Positions 37,510 to 51,218 of a stretch of 64,000 nucleotides of DNA are shown here, piece by piece. The stretch comes from Takakia lepidozioides (taxonomy: Eukaryota; Plantae; Bryophyta). The position numbers were made by a program, and so were the translations under genes. The stretch's first letter is position 1; each line of letters starts with the position of its first letter. The notes below the pieces were generated by a model, which saw only the letters and a list, made by a program, of their open reading frames with translations, was not told where the DNA came from and made no database searches. The stretch lies in the NCBI GenBank assembly GCA_030704615.1, contig CM060733.1, positions 28,334,001 through 28,398,000 of the forward strand. Reading direction: 5' to 3'.

Positions 37510-39457
37510 TGTTGATACCTTAACAGAGGTATAGTCTGAGGTTGCTAAGGTCCCTTATGTTGATGATACCTTTACAGAGGTATAGTCTGAAAATGAGGGT
37601 TCTGTTTGGTATACTAACAGAGGTATAGTCTGAGCTGATTAGGGTCCACATATGGTGATACCTCAACAGAGGTATAGTAAAAGGGACAAGCTCCTGTTTG
37701 GTATACTAACAGAGGTATATTCTGAGCATACACTACTAGGGTTTGTAATGAAGAGCTAGAATGCAAGTCCTTGACTTCTATGCTTCTACTCAAGCAAAAA
37801 TATGGTCTCTAGGTGGTCATAAGAGGCATCTTCTTGCTCTCTTCCACCCCAATGTGCAACCAAGAGTGGTCCAACTCAACTTGCAAGTCATTGTTCACCA
37901 AATCAATCCCCCTTCTAGTCCTTGGGATTTGATTGCAAACTACCATATCTCCATTGCCGAACAATCATGCATTTGTCTCCTCATCACTTGACAATTGCTC
38001 CAAATCAACACAAATTATCTCAATGTGTATGAGCAATGCTTGTCACTTACAATAATGCTCCCAAGCAATCCGCCTTGGATCCCACTCTCACGCCATATGC
38101 CTCATTTGGGGTCTTGCACCAATCCATCATCCATGTGCTCCCCGTGGTCATTTGAATGCATGTTTCATGACCTCTTGGCCTATGTGTTGCTCTCCTTCAT
38201 CATAACATGAATCAACACCTCTCCACTTCACACACAAATGGATCTCAAAGGCATTCACCTCTTGCTAGTTCAAGAGCTCCCCTTCTCAAACTTGAACTTA
38301 CAAACTCAAGCGAGCATGCTCCATACATGCACCACTTGCTTGGTCAACTATCCACCACAAAGGTCACACTACCAAGAGCATGAATAGCCAAGTATTGCCT
38401 CCCCCTCTTGTCACATTACATAGTTAGGGTGAAGCTATGCATACATTGAATGATGATTTCCCTTCAAGGATTTCCCACCACATGTTCTCCAAGCCCTTCC
38501 AATGGCACCCTAAGCTTGGCTCCACACCACCATGATTGGAAGATTTCTTCACATGCTCCCTTTCAAAACCTCTTGAGCTTCTTAGTGCTCTCCAAGTGCT
38601 TGCCCTTGTTGTCTTCAAGCCCAAGCATATATAGCTCCTTGGCTTCTCTTCCACAACATCCACACTTTGAACTTGCTTAACCCTAGCTTGATAGTAAAAT
38701 GAGCACTAACAAGCCTTTAGTCACTCTCCACAAGCCATGGCGTACACCATCGACTCCATAATGCATACAAATGATTCTCAAATCCTAGAATCCATGCTTC
38801 CACACACACAAGACTTCCTCCTTACAATCCTTGCAAAATCTTGTGACTCAAGAGCTTTCTTCTCAAGCTCTCCAACTCCTTGGTGCATGCAATACTCGAG
38901 CACCTTTCATTGCAACCCCTTGCAAGCCTTGTGATACAAGAGCTAAATTCTCCTAGCTCTCAACCTCTTTAAAATACAAGTGCAAAACTAATCCTTACAC
39001 TCCGCACTCACAAGCATAAGGTGATCTTCTTGTAGTGATAAAAGATGAGAAATGAGAGAAGTAGAAGACAATGAAAGCTCTCAAAGCATGAAGCAATCAC
39101 ATGAAGAACAAGCCCTAGTCCTTTCCAAGTGAAATCCACTCTATCACATAAACTAAGTCAAGCCAAGGGCACCTTTGCTAAAGGAATCCACCCTACAAAG
39201 CCCTCAACACACTCCCTCTCAATACCTAGAGCTATGGAGGTGAGAGAAACTCATGGAGGCTCAACTACAAGAAGATGAGCCTCCTCAACACTCACAAGGG
39301 GAAAACCTATCTCCATGTCTCAAGTGAGGCTCGACACCTCACTTGGCATGTGAGACCAAATGAAGTCCCAACACACAAAATTTAAATATAAATATCTAAA
39401 ATGTCCTAGTTAACTAGAAGTAGGTAATTCTAGATAACCATGACTAAAACCATGACA
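37510..39457. mobile_element. Unclassified LTR-like insertion, longer copy
   Basis: TG...CA ends (TGTTGATACC...CATGACA); five ACAGAGGTATA motifs at 37520-37725. Confidence 0.55.
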
Positions 39458-42400
39458 GAGCTTTGACACTAACTCATCTCAACCCTGTGGGCCCATAACC
39501 TGTTGACCTGAATTCTTCTTAGAGCTGGTGGTTGCACTAGAAGTCATTATAACTTAGCTTCAGGATTTTCATAGGAAAGACGATGAGTACTCTAGCATAC
39601 AACTATGCTAACTATATAGAAACAGAGACAAAGACGGGTTTCTGGAGAGACACACTTTATTCCTTGAAAGAGATTGATTCAATGGCTTGAAGTGCCTACT
39701 TAAATACACAAACCTCAACTTTAGGTATTTCTATTTGAAGTCCTAGTGCTATTCCTATCTGCACTCCTCTGCCTTTTCTCTGTGTGCCATGACATGAATA
39801 GCAAAAGTATCTAACAATATCCATCTTGCTATTCAAGGAGCATCCCTTACACTGAAGTGAACAAACTCTCTAACACCCACTACGGCATGACTGGATAGAA
39901 GGCATATTGCCTTGTGCCGAGCAAACTTCAGGAGGGATGTATGTGCAATTCCATCACGCAATCGCGACGCATGCCCCATTCCAATGTGGAGTTGTGCGTT
40001 CAAACAAACATACACAATTCACAAACCCGAGTGCATCTGGGGACACTGTAGTTGGGCAGAGCAAGGACATTTATGTGCACACCCAAAAAAAACTCCAGAT
40101 ACTATATCCACGTTTGAGAAAGGATCTTATGATCGCCAAGTACTCTACTGCATCGTTACTCGAACGAAATGAAGGTGGTGGGGGAGGTTCATTGCTCTTT
40201 CCCTATTTAGTAAGCTAAAAGTCACACTCTGGCACAAACTTCACATGGATTCAAAAGAGAAAGAAGTTCCAGATACTTTCATTCATATGAACGAAATGAA
40301 GGGGGTGGGGGAGGTTCGTTGCAGGCCCTTCCCCTATTTAGTAAGCTAAAGGTCACACTCTGGCACGAACTTCACATGGATTCAAAAGAGAAAGAAGTTC
40401 CAGATACTATCATTCATGTACAACTCTAGTTTCTGCATTTCTTTCTCTTCTCATCCATGAGTTGCATGTCTAATCCTGAACTGAAGCTTAGATCACAGTG
40501 ACAAGGCCAGTATAGATGAAGCAGACAGATCTGTTGATAAAATGAGTCAGATTTAGAACTGTCACTGGTAGGAATTGGGAGTCGTTGTAGAGGGGAGTTG
40601 GTTCTTCTGGAAATTCGGAAAGTGCAGTCTGGGTACTTGCCAAGCTTAAGGTCTCACTGAGGCGCTGCATCTGCTGCTCTGGTGAAAGCTTGGAGACCCA
40701 CTCTGGAACAAACTCAGGTTGCTCTGTCATTTCCGTTGCATACTGATGAAGGCGGCTAATCCTTGGCATTCTGATCTCCTCAAACCTGATACCACATGTG
40801 CAAAATTCGATGCAGCCCCATCAAGCAATGTTCAAGTGAACTAATGTCAAATGGACGCAAACGTTAGCAGAATCTGTGACATGCAGGCCTGTGCAAGCGA
40901 CCAGTTTATTCTAAGATGGGCCCAGGTACATAAGTATCGTATAACCAGAATATGTCCATGAAGGTACTAGTTATATAAGCGCTGTATACCAGAGTAGCAA
41001 TTTGCATAAAAGTCTAGCACTAATGAGTGAGTGCACAAAAGATATTTAATCTGGTGATACTATGATAACAGGATGTTCAAAGTGATCTCCTTACTTGTGG
41101 ACAATTGCTGGAATGTTGACCTCTTCCTGTGACTCAAAAGCCTTCTCCAGAAGGAGGGTGAGCTGATGTGCATCTTCAAATGCTAGGCGTGCCCCCATCC
41201 CCAACGATGTGTACATACCATGCGCAGCTGTTCTCACAGCAAGTGCAAGAACAGAGGTAAATTGCCTGCAAGTATTCAGAGGGAAAGAAAGGAAACAAAT
41301 CATAACATCCAGCCCCGGAGAGCCCAAACAGCTTATCAATGGAGAACAAAGAGAAAGAAAGAAAGCAGTAGACCTAAAGAAACTTCATAACGTCAACTGC
41401 GGGAAGTTCAAGGCTGTAGGAAAATTAGAATGAGATCAATCAAAAGGAAAAGTGGCACCCCTGGCAACCCCCCCCTTCCCCCACCCCACACAACCAAAAA
41501 ACTGCAATTCAACTTTCAAAGATATGCTATGGTGGAAAGCCTCGTTGAGATATGCTGCAAGGCATCTCGGATCCTTGGAAGAACACTGAGCTGCCTGTAG
41601 CCTATCTTATTTAGCACAATCAACACAAAGGTATTCACTGCAGGTTATCCCCCAGTCTCTATTCTCAGGCTAAGTGAGACATCCATCAATCATCCAAACA
41701 CCTAGAGAAAATGTACACTCAACAGACGTTGTTTGCCATAGAATGCCTGGAGAGAGAGGCGCAAACTAGCAATTGACTTGAAGACTGTGAGAGAGAAGAC
41801 TCCGTCCGAAGCCTGTGTAACAAAGACCTACTGCTTCCTCGGGGGTGGGGTTGTGAGATGTGCTAATTTCCGGACTTCATCCAGCTCTTGCCTAGCCACT
41901 CTCTTCCTGCAGTGGGCTGACTCGAACCCTTGGGTATATTATTCCCCTGGGGAATTCATTCTTCTCTTACTCAATGGATCCACTCCACCAGGTCACATGG
42001 GACTAAGCACCGAAGTAGCAAGCGGGCATGTAGCTAAATGAGAGTTCATTTGTTTGCAGGCCTTGGGGTACTGTATTACAAAGCATTAGGTTGAATGTAG
42101 TGTAAGACATTGTAATCATAGAGCACCAGCTCATGTCTGGAAGCTGTCAAGATCAAAGGAAACTTTAGAAAGAAGGTGACACTTACCATCCCCAATGAGC
42201 AACACATGGCCAGTAGCATCGCTCCATTTCTTCAAAGGCAAGCGGTCCATAGACCTCCGCTCATATATGAGACTGTCAGCGGTTGCCTTGATTGCTGAAA
42301 TCAAATCCTCCCAGCCTTCAAGGTCGGCCAATTGCTGCAATGCCCGTGCTTTGGATTCACTTTTGTTAAATTTTACTGACCTTTCAAGGAAGTCCTTTTG

Positions 42401-44804
42401 CAGCTCACCAGTTTTATCCAGAACACGCAAGTGCCATAGTACGTTGCCACGCCCTGTTTCAAGTTGATAGTCATGGTTATGAGACCCAAGCAGTGTTACA
42501 AACAAGCTGGGATATAACTGCCTTCAAAGAATAGAATGAAGGAGCCACACTGGGATTGTACCTTGATCACTGATATAGGCCACCTCCCGACCACTGGCTG
42601 CATGTAGCATTTGAACCTCATCTTTGCAATAGGCAAATACTCTGCCATGATATCAGATTCCATACGAGTTCATAACAACTAGTCAATTGATATATCCCTC
42701 CTGGCAGGCTGGCTGTGTGCTTTAGTCACATGTTCAAAGCTTATAGTCTCATTTAGGTCTTTCATGAAGCTTCAAAGAGGTTTAATAAATAAAGCAAGCT
42801 TATAAGGATTTCTTTGGTCAAGAGCTCCATTGTCCTCTGAAGGAGAGAACACCCATCGGTTCTTTTCTCCTGATGTACCTTTCCCCCTGTCAATATTGCA
42901 TGAGAAGATCTTAGCTTCACCAGCTAATACCCATTTGCAGTGGAGGGCTCCCTCATATGTTTAGAATTTAGTGTCTACTTCCACCCTTTCATTCCTATGT
43001 TGAGTGCTATATTTCCATTATATTCAGGTTTCCATTCTAGTCAGATTCTATTCCATTACATGTTCAGTTCCATCACATTCAGTTCACTTAAGTTTTATTC
43101 CATGAGAGTCAACGTCCCCTTGGATCAAGGGTCACCTGCTGGGTATGGACATCAACAAGGGCCTTTTGGGGCCTAGAGTCGAGGAATCCTGAGACGAAAG
43201 ATGATGACTCACTCTCCATTAGGGTTGTAGACAACTGCGTTCCAATTGAGGTAGTTCAAGTAACGGGGAACATCTTCTGACACTATGATTTTCCGCACCC
43301 TTGACCACATTCCATCGGCTCCTGCTAGTAGCTTAGCTCGAACAACTACACTGCCAGAGGCCCCCACCATGCCTTTTGCAGTTGTCCAAAACTCGACATT
43401 GTTGTGACGTCTCATTGACGTGTAGCTCGGGGCTTAGCTGGATATCGTTGATGAAACTCTTGGACTTTGTCAGAGGCATTGACGAGGTTGGATGAAGGTT
43501 CCCACGTTCATTCGCTGATGTCGTAGCCTTTCCAATGTACAAAATACTCAAGACGTTTATATTTGATGCGAGAGTCTAGGACTTCGTCGACTTCATACTC
43601 AATTTCCTGATTGACTTCGATTGGTAGAGGTAGTACGGAAACTCTCCATGGAATATTCGATAGATGATACAACTCCAATAATGAAACATGAAAGACTGGA
43701 TGGATGCGTATACTTCATGGGAGTTCAAGCCGAAAACTGACTGGATTTATTTATCGAATAATTTTGAATGGTCCCAGGCGTTGATAATCTAATTTCCTTG
43801 ATGGTCGCGAGGTTTGTATGTCCCGTCGAAGAAGCCACACACGTTCTCCGACCTTGAACTGGGGTTGGAATTGGCGATGTTGATCTGCATACTTCTTGTA
43901 TTGTTTTTGAGTTTCTGCGAGGTGGGATGTAAGCTCCTTGTGAATCGTAGCAAGATGAGTAGCCTGCCTCCATGCCTGCCTCAAACTTAACTTTCCTCCG
44001 CTTCCGATTCGCCTGCCGTTCATACCGTTTCCTAGCTTTGGCAATGTTGTACTTTGCGAGCTTCAACAAACGCTCGTGTTATTCCAGTGCCGCCGCTGCT
44101 GCCGGTTCCTCAACGTCCTGGGCGGCCCAACTTGTCGGCACCAGAGGTGCTTTTCCATAGACCAACACGAAAGGAGAAACTCCCGTTGTGGAGTGTTTTG
44201 TGTTATTATGACAGAACTCTGCCGCGTCCAAATGCTCCACCCAGTCTGATTGGTCTGCCGACACGTAATTCCGCAAGATCTGCTTCACCACGGAATTCAC
44301 TCTTTCCGTTTGGCCGTCCGTCGTAGGTCGGAAGGCGGTGCTTATCTTGAGCCTCGTCCCCATCTTCTTCCAAAGTGCCCTCCAAAATTTACTCATAAAC
44401 TTTGGATCTCGGTCCGAGATAATATCCTTCGGGAGTCCATCAAGAGACTATATCTGATCCCTCCCTTCGGCACATAGAGACGTTTCTGCTTATACCGGAG
44501 TAGTCCATTTTGCAAGTGGAACTGCGATTTAACCCCATCCTCAAGTCCCGCATCACGGACTTCGCCATCTTATCCTTCCGGTAAGCCTTCCGGATCTTCC
44601 TTTGGAGCGCCGTCTCGCCCCTGTACACCAGTATGAGCTGCTGCTTTCTACTTAAAGCATCGGCCACCACATTGTCCCGTCCCGGTTTATACTGGATATC
44701 CACGTCGAACACTGCCAAAGTATCTTGCCACCTAAGTTGTTTTGGGAATTGTCCGTGAACACCTTCACCGGGTTGGAACCAACATAGTGGCACCAATGCT
44801 CAAG
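37581..44804. repeat. Inverted repeat pair 1, right arm
   Basis: Reverse complement of 1-7594. Confidence 0.92.
40488..43399 (-). pseudogene. FAD monooxygenase 3' part (partial exon 3, exons 4-7), altered C-terminus
   Basis: Mirror of 1781-4768. It lacks the exon 3 acceptor. The last exon has a small indel plus a 79-bp deletion that removes the native stop. Confidence 0.82.
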
Positions 44805-45147
44805 GCAATACACCACCGCCTTCATTTCCTTCTCATGCGTAGGTCACCGTCGCTCCACTTCATTCAATTTCTTACTTTTGTAAGCCAGTGGACGTCCATC
44901 CTGCATGAGCACACCCCCTATTGCGAAGTCCGACGCGTCCGTATGAATCTCAAATGGACGTCGAACTCCGAGATTTTGAGGACTGGAGCTTCCGCCATCC
45001 GCTGCTTCAACTCGGCAAAAGCTTGGCCACAAAAGGTGTTCCATACCCAGACTTTGGATTTACACAGAAGGTCTGACAGCGGCCCCCTGATCTTGGCGAA
45101 ATTTCTCACATATTTCCGGTAATAGGAGGCGAGTCCTAGGAATGATC
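43400..45147 (-). mobile_element. Mirror copy of the chimeric Gypsy + Tcn1-like fragment
   Basis: Reverse complement of 1-1780, extended by about 340 bp of RT/RNase H ([27 protein letters not shown]). Has an extra internal deletion of about 370 bp near 44440. Confidence 0.88.
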
Positions 45148-48100
45148 GCCCCGGAGAGCCCAAACAGCTTATCAATGGACAACAGATTGTACTCATAAGA
45201 CGTTGTTTGCCGTAGCCTTGTGGCCATTGACCCCGCGCCCAGTTTGAGCGGGAACAAAAGGAACAGAACCTACCTCCGTCAGGGGCTGACGTTGGTAGTA
45301 AGACTTACCTTCATATAAAGAATTAATCCGGGTTTTCCAGATATCCTCTAGAAAACCCTTCACACAAGCATCAATCTGTTGTGTGTGATTTGCCCAAAAA
45401 CTAGGCCTCAGGAAGGCCTGGGCTTTTGGCTCAGCCTCGAGACTTTCAAAGTTGGTAAACAGGGGTACAGGCACAATTCCCTTGATAGAATTGAAGAGAG
45501 CGTCTCTTTGGTGAGAGAGAAATCAATGGACAACAGAGAGAAAGAAAGAAAGAAAGCAGTAGACCTAAAGAAACTTCACAACGTCAACTGCGGGAAGTTC
45601 AAGGCTGTAGGAAAATTAGAATGAGATCAATCAAAAGGAAAAGTGGCACCCCTGGCAACCATGCGCACACCCCCCCCGTCCCCCACCCCACACAACCAGA
45701 AAACTGCAATTCAACTTTCAAAGATATGCTATGGTGGAAAGCCTCGTTGAGATATGCTGCAAGGCATCTCGGATCCTTGGAAGAACACTGAGCTGTCTGT
45801 AGCCTATCTTATTTAGCACAATCAACACAAAGGTATTCACTGCAGGTTATCCCCCAGTCTCTATCCTCAGGCTAAGTGAGACATCCATCAATCATCCAAA
45901 CACCTAGAGAAAATGTACACTCAAGAGAAGTTGTTTGCCATAGAATGCCTGGAGAGAGAGGCGCAAACTAGCAATTGACTTGAAGACTGTGTGAGAGAAG
46001 ACTCCATCCGAAGCCTGTGTAACAAAGACCTACTGCTTCCTCTCGGGGGTGGGGTTGTGAGATGTGCTAATTTCCGGACTTCATCCAGCTCTTGCCTAGC
46101 CACTCTCTTCCTGCAGTGGGCTGACTCGAACCCTTGGGTATATTATTCCCCTGGGGAATTCATTCTTCTCTTACTCAATGGATCCACTCCACCAGGTCAC
46201 ATGGGACTAAGCACCGAAGTAGCAAGCGGGCATGTAGCTAAATGAGAGTTCATTTGTTTGCAGGCCTTGGGGTACTGTATCACAAAGCATTAGGTTGAAT
46301 GTAGTGTAAGACATTGTACTCATAGAGCACCAGCTCATGTCTGGAAGCTGTCAAGATCAAAGGAAACTTTAGAAAGAAGGTGACACTTACCATCCCCAAT
46401 GAGCAACACATGGCCAGTAGCATCGCTCCATTTCTTCAAAGGCAAGCGGTCCATAGACCTCCGCTCATATATGAGACTGTCAGCGGTTGCCTTGATTGCT
46501 GAAATCAAATCCTCCCAGCCTTCAAGGTCGGCCAATTGCTGCAATGCCCGTGCTTTGGATTCACTTTTGTTAAATTTTACTGACCTTTCAAGGAAGTCCT
46601 TTTGCAGCTCACCAGTTTTATCCAGAACACGCAAGTGCCATAGTACGTTGCCACGCCCTGTTTCAAGTTGATAGTCATGGTTATGAGACCCAAGCAGTGT
46701 TACAAACAAGCTGGGATATAACTGCCTTCAAAGAATAGAATGAAGGAGCCACACTGGGATTGTACCTTGATCACTGATATAGGCCACCTCCCGACCACTG
46801 GCTGCATGTAGCATTTGAACCTCATCTTTGCAATAGGGAAATACTCTGCCATGACGAACCAGATATCAGATTCCATACGAGTTCATAACAACTAGTCAAT
46901 TGATATATCCCTCCTGGCAGGCTGGCTGTGTGCTTTAGTCACATGTTCAAAGCTTACAGTCTCGTTTAGGTCTTTCATGAAGCTTCACAGAGGTTTAATA
47001 AATAAAGCAAGCTTATATGGATTTCTTTGGTCAAGAGCTCCATTGTCCACTGAAGGAGAGAACACCCATCGGTTCTTTTCTCCTGATGTACCTTTCCCCC
47101 TGTCAATACTGCATGAGAAGATCTTAGCTTCACCAGCTAATACCCATTTGCAGTGGAGGGCTCCCTCATATGTTAGAATTTAGTGTCTACTTCCACCCTT
47201 TCATTCCTATGATGAGTGCTATATTTCCATTATATTCAGGTTTCCATTCTAGTCAGATTCTATTCCATTACATATTCAGTTCCATCACATTCAGTTCACT
47301 TAAGTTTTATCGCGTGACATGAGAGTCAACGTCCCCTTGGATCAAGGGTCACCTGCTGGGTATGGACATCAACAAGGGCCTGTTGGGGCCTAGAGTTGAA
47401 GAATCCTGAGACGAAAGATGATGACTCACTCTCCATTAGGGTTGTAGACAACTGCGTTCCAATTGAGGTAGTTCAAGTAACGGGGAGCATCTTCTGGCAC
47501 CATGATTTTCCGCACCCCTGACCACATTCCATCGGCTCCTGCCAGTAGCTTAGCTCGAACAACTACACTGCCAGAGGCCCCCACCATGCCTTTTGCAGTT
47601 GTCCGAAACTCGACGTCCACACCTCCCTGCAAAATGTGCAAGCTAATGAGCGCTTTCCAGGCTCTGGGGTCGCCTCTGGGATCCCCCCCTAGCTGTGAAA
47701 ACAATGCCATATAAGGGTCCATGGGAGTAGTGAGTGGTCAAACCAGTGCTAAGGATTGAGCAATTCACACTGAGTTTTCGTACATGGCATTTGGAGCCTG
47801 GGGCAAACGAGGTTTGAGTAAGAATAGAAATGTCAAGATCGGATTATATTTAGTTGAATGAGATTGAGTTGCGTGCGCAATCTGCGTTAACAGGTTATAA
47901 TTATAGTTCAATAATGCTCGAGATCCCAGGAGTTTCATATGATTATGGGAGGCGAGAAAGAAAGTTGGGTGGTGAGAAAGACAAGAGTTGGACCCGCAAA
48001 TTCCGATCATGGTTAAATAACTGAATGGGAATCTTATATTGTTCCACATTCCTGCGAGAGGAAGAACTTACAGGAGCAGGTCTGTAACGAACGAAGCGAT

Positions 48101-49397
48101 GATCGCAGTGAATGCTCGACTTGTCCACAAGGTTTGCCAAGAGCTCCTGCGAGAAGCGCCAGCCAATCGTGACAAACTCACCGACCTTGTGTGTCATAGG
48201 GATGACGAGGTCCTTCTCGCCGCTTCTTCTTATAATTTTCTTGATGCGCACATTTTTATTGCCATAGTCCATCATCTGCTGTGCTAGTCCAGGATACATC
48301 CCGTTCAGTGCCGTTATACCTGCAAGCGATGTACTCCAAGGGCAGGTTATGCTACACGATCTTCGAATGCCAGATCAAATTTCCTACCTTTCGGAAGAGA
48401 ATTCCGATGTCCATAGGACTATCTGCTAGACTTGGGCCATATATAATTTTACCTTGCAAAGTATGGACCTTTCATTGGACCTTGGATCACCGAGGTCATT
48501 ATACCTGGACCAAATGTTGCCCACATGGTAAATGATTTCTCCAGACCTGTATGTTTACATCTTAGTTTTCAGGTGACAGTGCACACAATTATGTAGTTCG
48601 TTGAAGTACTCCAGTGTCGTTGCTTTGCACTGTTCACTAGCGATAAAGTGAACGATGAGGACTGTATTCCTGTAGATCCGGTCTTGTGTGGGGGAGACTT
48701 GAGCTTCTGCTGCTAGTGGATCGGTTAAGCTACACTCTCCTGCGAGGACCCTACAACTGCGTTCTGCTCTTGCACTTAGATATTCAAGGCACCTCACATG
48801 TTGCTGGCCAACATTGCAGCGTACACATGTGCATTATGAAGTCATGATTCCGGTCAGTTCCAACTTCTCGAGTCGAAATTGGGTGCGAACTTAAATTCGA
48901 GCGAACTGGACTGAATGATTCTGCCCAATTCACCTCTCCTATATCCACAATTTGCATGTCTGGTTTTATTCCTCCTTCATGGGCGATGTTTGTTACCACA
49001 CAGGTCTAGCTTGCTGATGAGTCGAATACATGAACCTTAGCGAGATCAGAACTGCAAGACCCTCTAGAGCTCAAGTCCCTAGTGTTCAGGAGTTCTTCTA
49101 CTGATATCACTTGAATCCTTAAAGAGTGTCCATCCGATGGCACATACCGTTGAGAGCCAGGTTAATGCCAGTGGCAGAGTCAGTGCGAAGAGCAGGAGCT
49201 TTTTCGAACACATGAGCCTGTATGCCTCTAGTCTGGAGGCCCAACGCCAGCGCTAGACCGCCGAGTCCCCCTCCGACTATGGCAACGTCCACTTCCATCT
49301 CCACAGGTCCCCATTCACGATCGTCCGCGAGTTCCAAATGCCCGTTTTCAGTTGCTGGATCGACCGTTCTCCTCTGTGACTCCATCTCCTGTTTCAT
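45148..49397 (-). pseudogene. FAD monooxygenase 5' part (exons 1-5, broken in intron 5 by a Gypsy fragment)
   Basis: Near-identical reverse complement of 13482-17726. Homology stops at 45148, where Gypsy RT/RNase H sequence begins. It might still splice to exons 6-7 at 41227-40488. Confidence 0.8.
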
Positions 49398-51218
49398 GGA
49401 TCTACACTCCGTCTTAGCTGTTTAGAAAGTAGCGGGGAGAGAATCCTATACAGTCGAGAGAGATCGCTTTCGTTTTCACTTTGAATCCCGAAGACGAGGT
49501 CACTACCAAAGCGGAACTTGGGGGAAGTAACAATGACGGTGGTGACGGCGGGTAGGTTATTTCCCCCCTCGAAGCCGTACTTGCAATGTCGACCCTCTGG
49601 AGTTGTAACGAGTGCCTGCCTCCACAGTTCTGGCCGTGTAGAGAAAGACCCAGCAGCAGACCGGGGTCTTGCACCACTCATCAATCCCAAGCAGCGCCAC
49701 CAGCTTCTGATGCCCTGTTGGCATCCCTGCTTCCACACCTGCACCAGGCTCCTGCCGTATTGCTGAACAATATTTCACACCTCCTTCATCATTACTGTAT
49801 TCATGGTCACTACAAAGTTGTATACATGATGACGACAACGCAGTGTGGAGCAGGCAGAGATCTCGTGAACTTTGAAGTCCATAACCAGTTACATCTCCGA
49901 GGACAAGGCGTCATGACTCATCATCTACCACTTTACATTATTAAAGTGGCGATATTAATTCACATTAACTATAGCTACATGTACTTATTACTGAGTTAGC
50001 TCGACATTATGCATATAGTCCAAGTGACGAGTGGGGTGTGCTGCCTGCAGTGGATGAGTGGGACCCGTGAGCACACCCGAGTTGGGTATGTTGGACACAG
50101 ACCGCACCTACAGACGCGGACGTGTCTATACCTGTGACCAGACCAGCGACATTTCCTTATTCTTTGCACTCTTGAGCATGTAGTTTTGAGCATGTTTAGC
50201 AGCAATGGCAGTTAAGTGGACTGCACTAAGTCCCTTTAAATAAACGGTGTCAAATCCCACTTGCATATGTGGAATGCATAGCTGGGATGCTGCCGTGAAT
50301 TTATGATCCGTATGGGCCCAGCGTCAGACTTTAAACCTTAAACCTCACATCGAAGTAAGAAGGTGGCAAGCGTTACGGATGCACATCATGCACAGTTTAA
50401 AGTAGAGAGGGTTGAAAACTGTAATCTGCACTTCACCGTGTGTCTTTGGTAAGGTGAAAGTGATGCGACCGGATTCAATCTAACTACTCGAAGCTTGGTG
50501 TTTTCGTGTTTTGCATGAGCATGGGATGCTTGACATATTCCAGCGGCTCAGTTGAATTCGATCACTTCCTCCTTGTGTCTCATCCTTACGTATCTCCCAC
50601 GAGTTGTTTGTCCTAAAGCACTTTCAGGTCTGGCCGTGATGTGAGTGTCCAATTTCTTATTTCTCTTTGCTCGTGAGCTGCAGGCAGCTGGTGGAGTTGG
50701 ACAGGGCCAACCTCCCGCGGCGATCCTCTCGCCGCGTGCTCCTACTACAGGCCAACAGCACCCCTGCATCTGCGCTGCTTACGCAGTCGGCCTGCTTTTG
50801 AGGTAGGACGATACAGCCCCTTACATCACAACTCAACTATATCCGTTTCAGCCTGCACGCACTTCAGCCTCCACAATGTACGTTGCATCCCTAACGGATC
50901 ATGCATGGTAATGTTGCAATTGGAACTAAAGAGGCCGCGATGCGCATATGCGAGGGCTGTGGAGACCTCACAGGTGTGTCCATTCCAGTTCAAAGTTCCT
51001 CTGATGTTCACAGGTCGGCGTGAGCTATCCATTTCCACCTACGGTTCGTGGATTCCACCTCTAACTTCTCCTTTCTGACTTGTGATTGACATGATTGACC
51101 TTCAATCAATCTCTTACTCTTTGACTCTGGATTCCTATCCAGCTTGCACGTAGCTCACTGAATTCACAAACTTTCGAGGGCTGGAGCGAGAGTCCGGGCG
51201 AAGTCGGCATTATTCAAG

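Noticed and set aside
37510-37730. Repeat-spacer pattern resembling a CRISPR array (also the 27920-28790 array)
   Set aside because: Eukaryotic context, short degenerate repeats, spacers related to each other and no cas genes.
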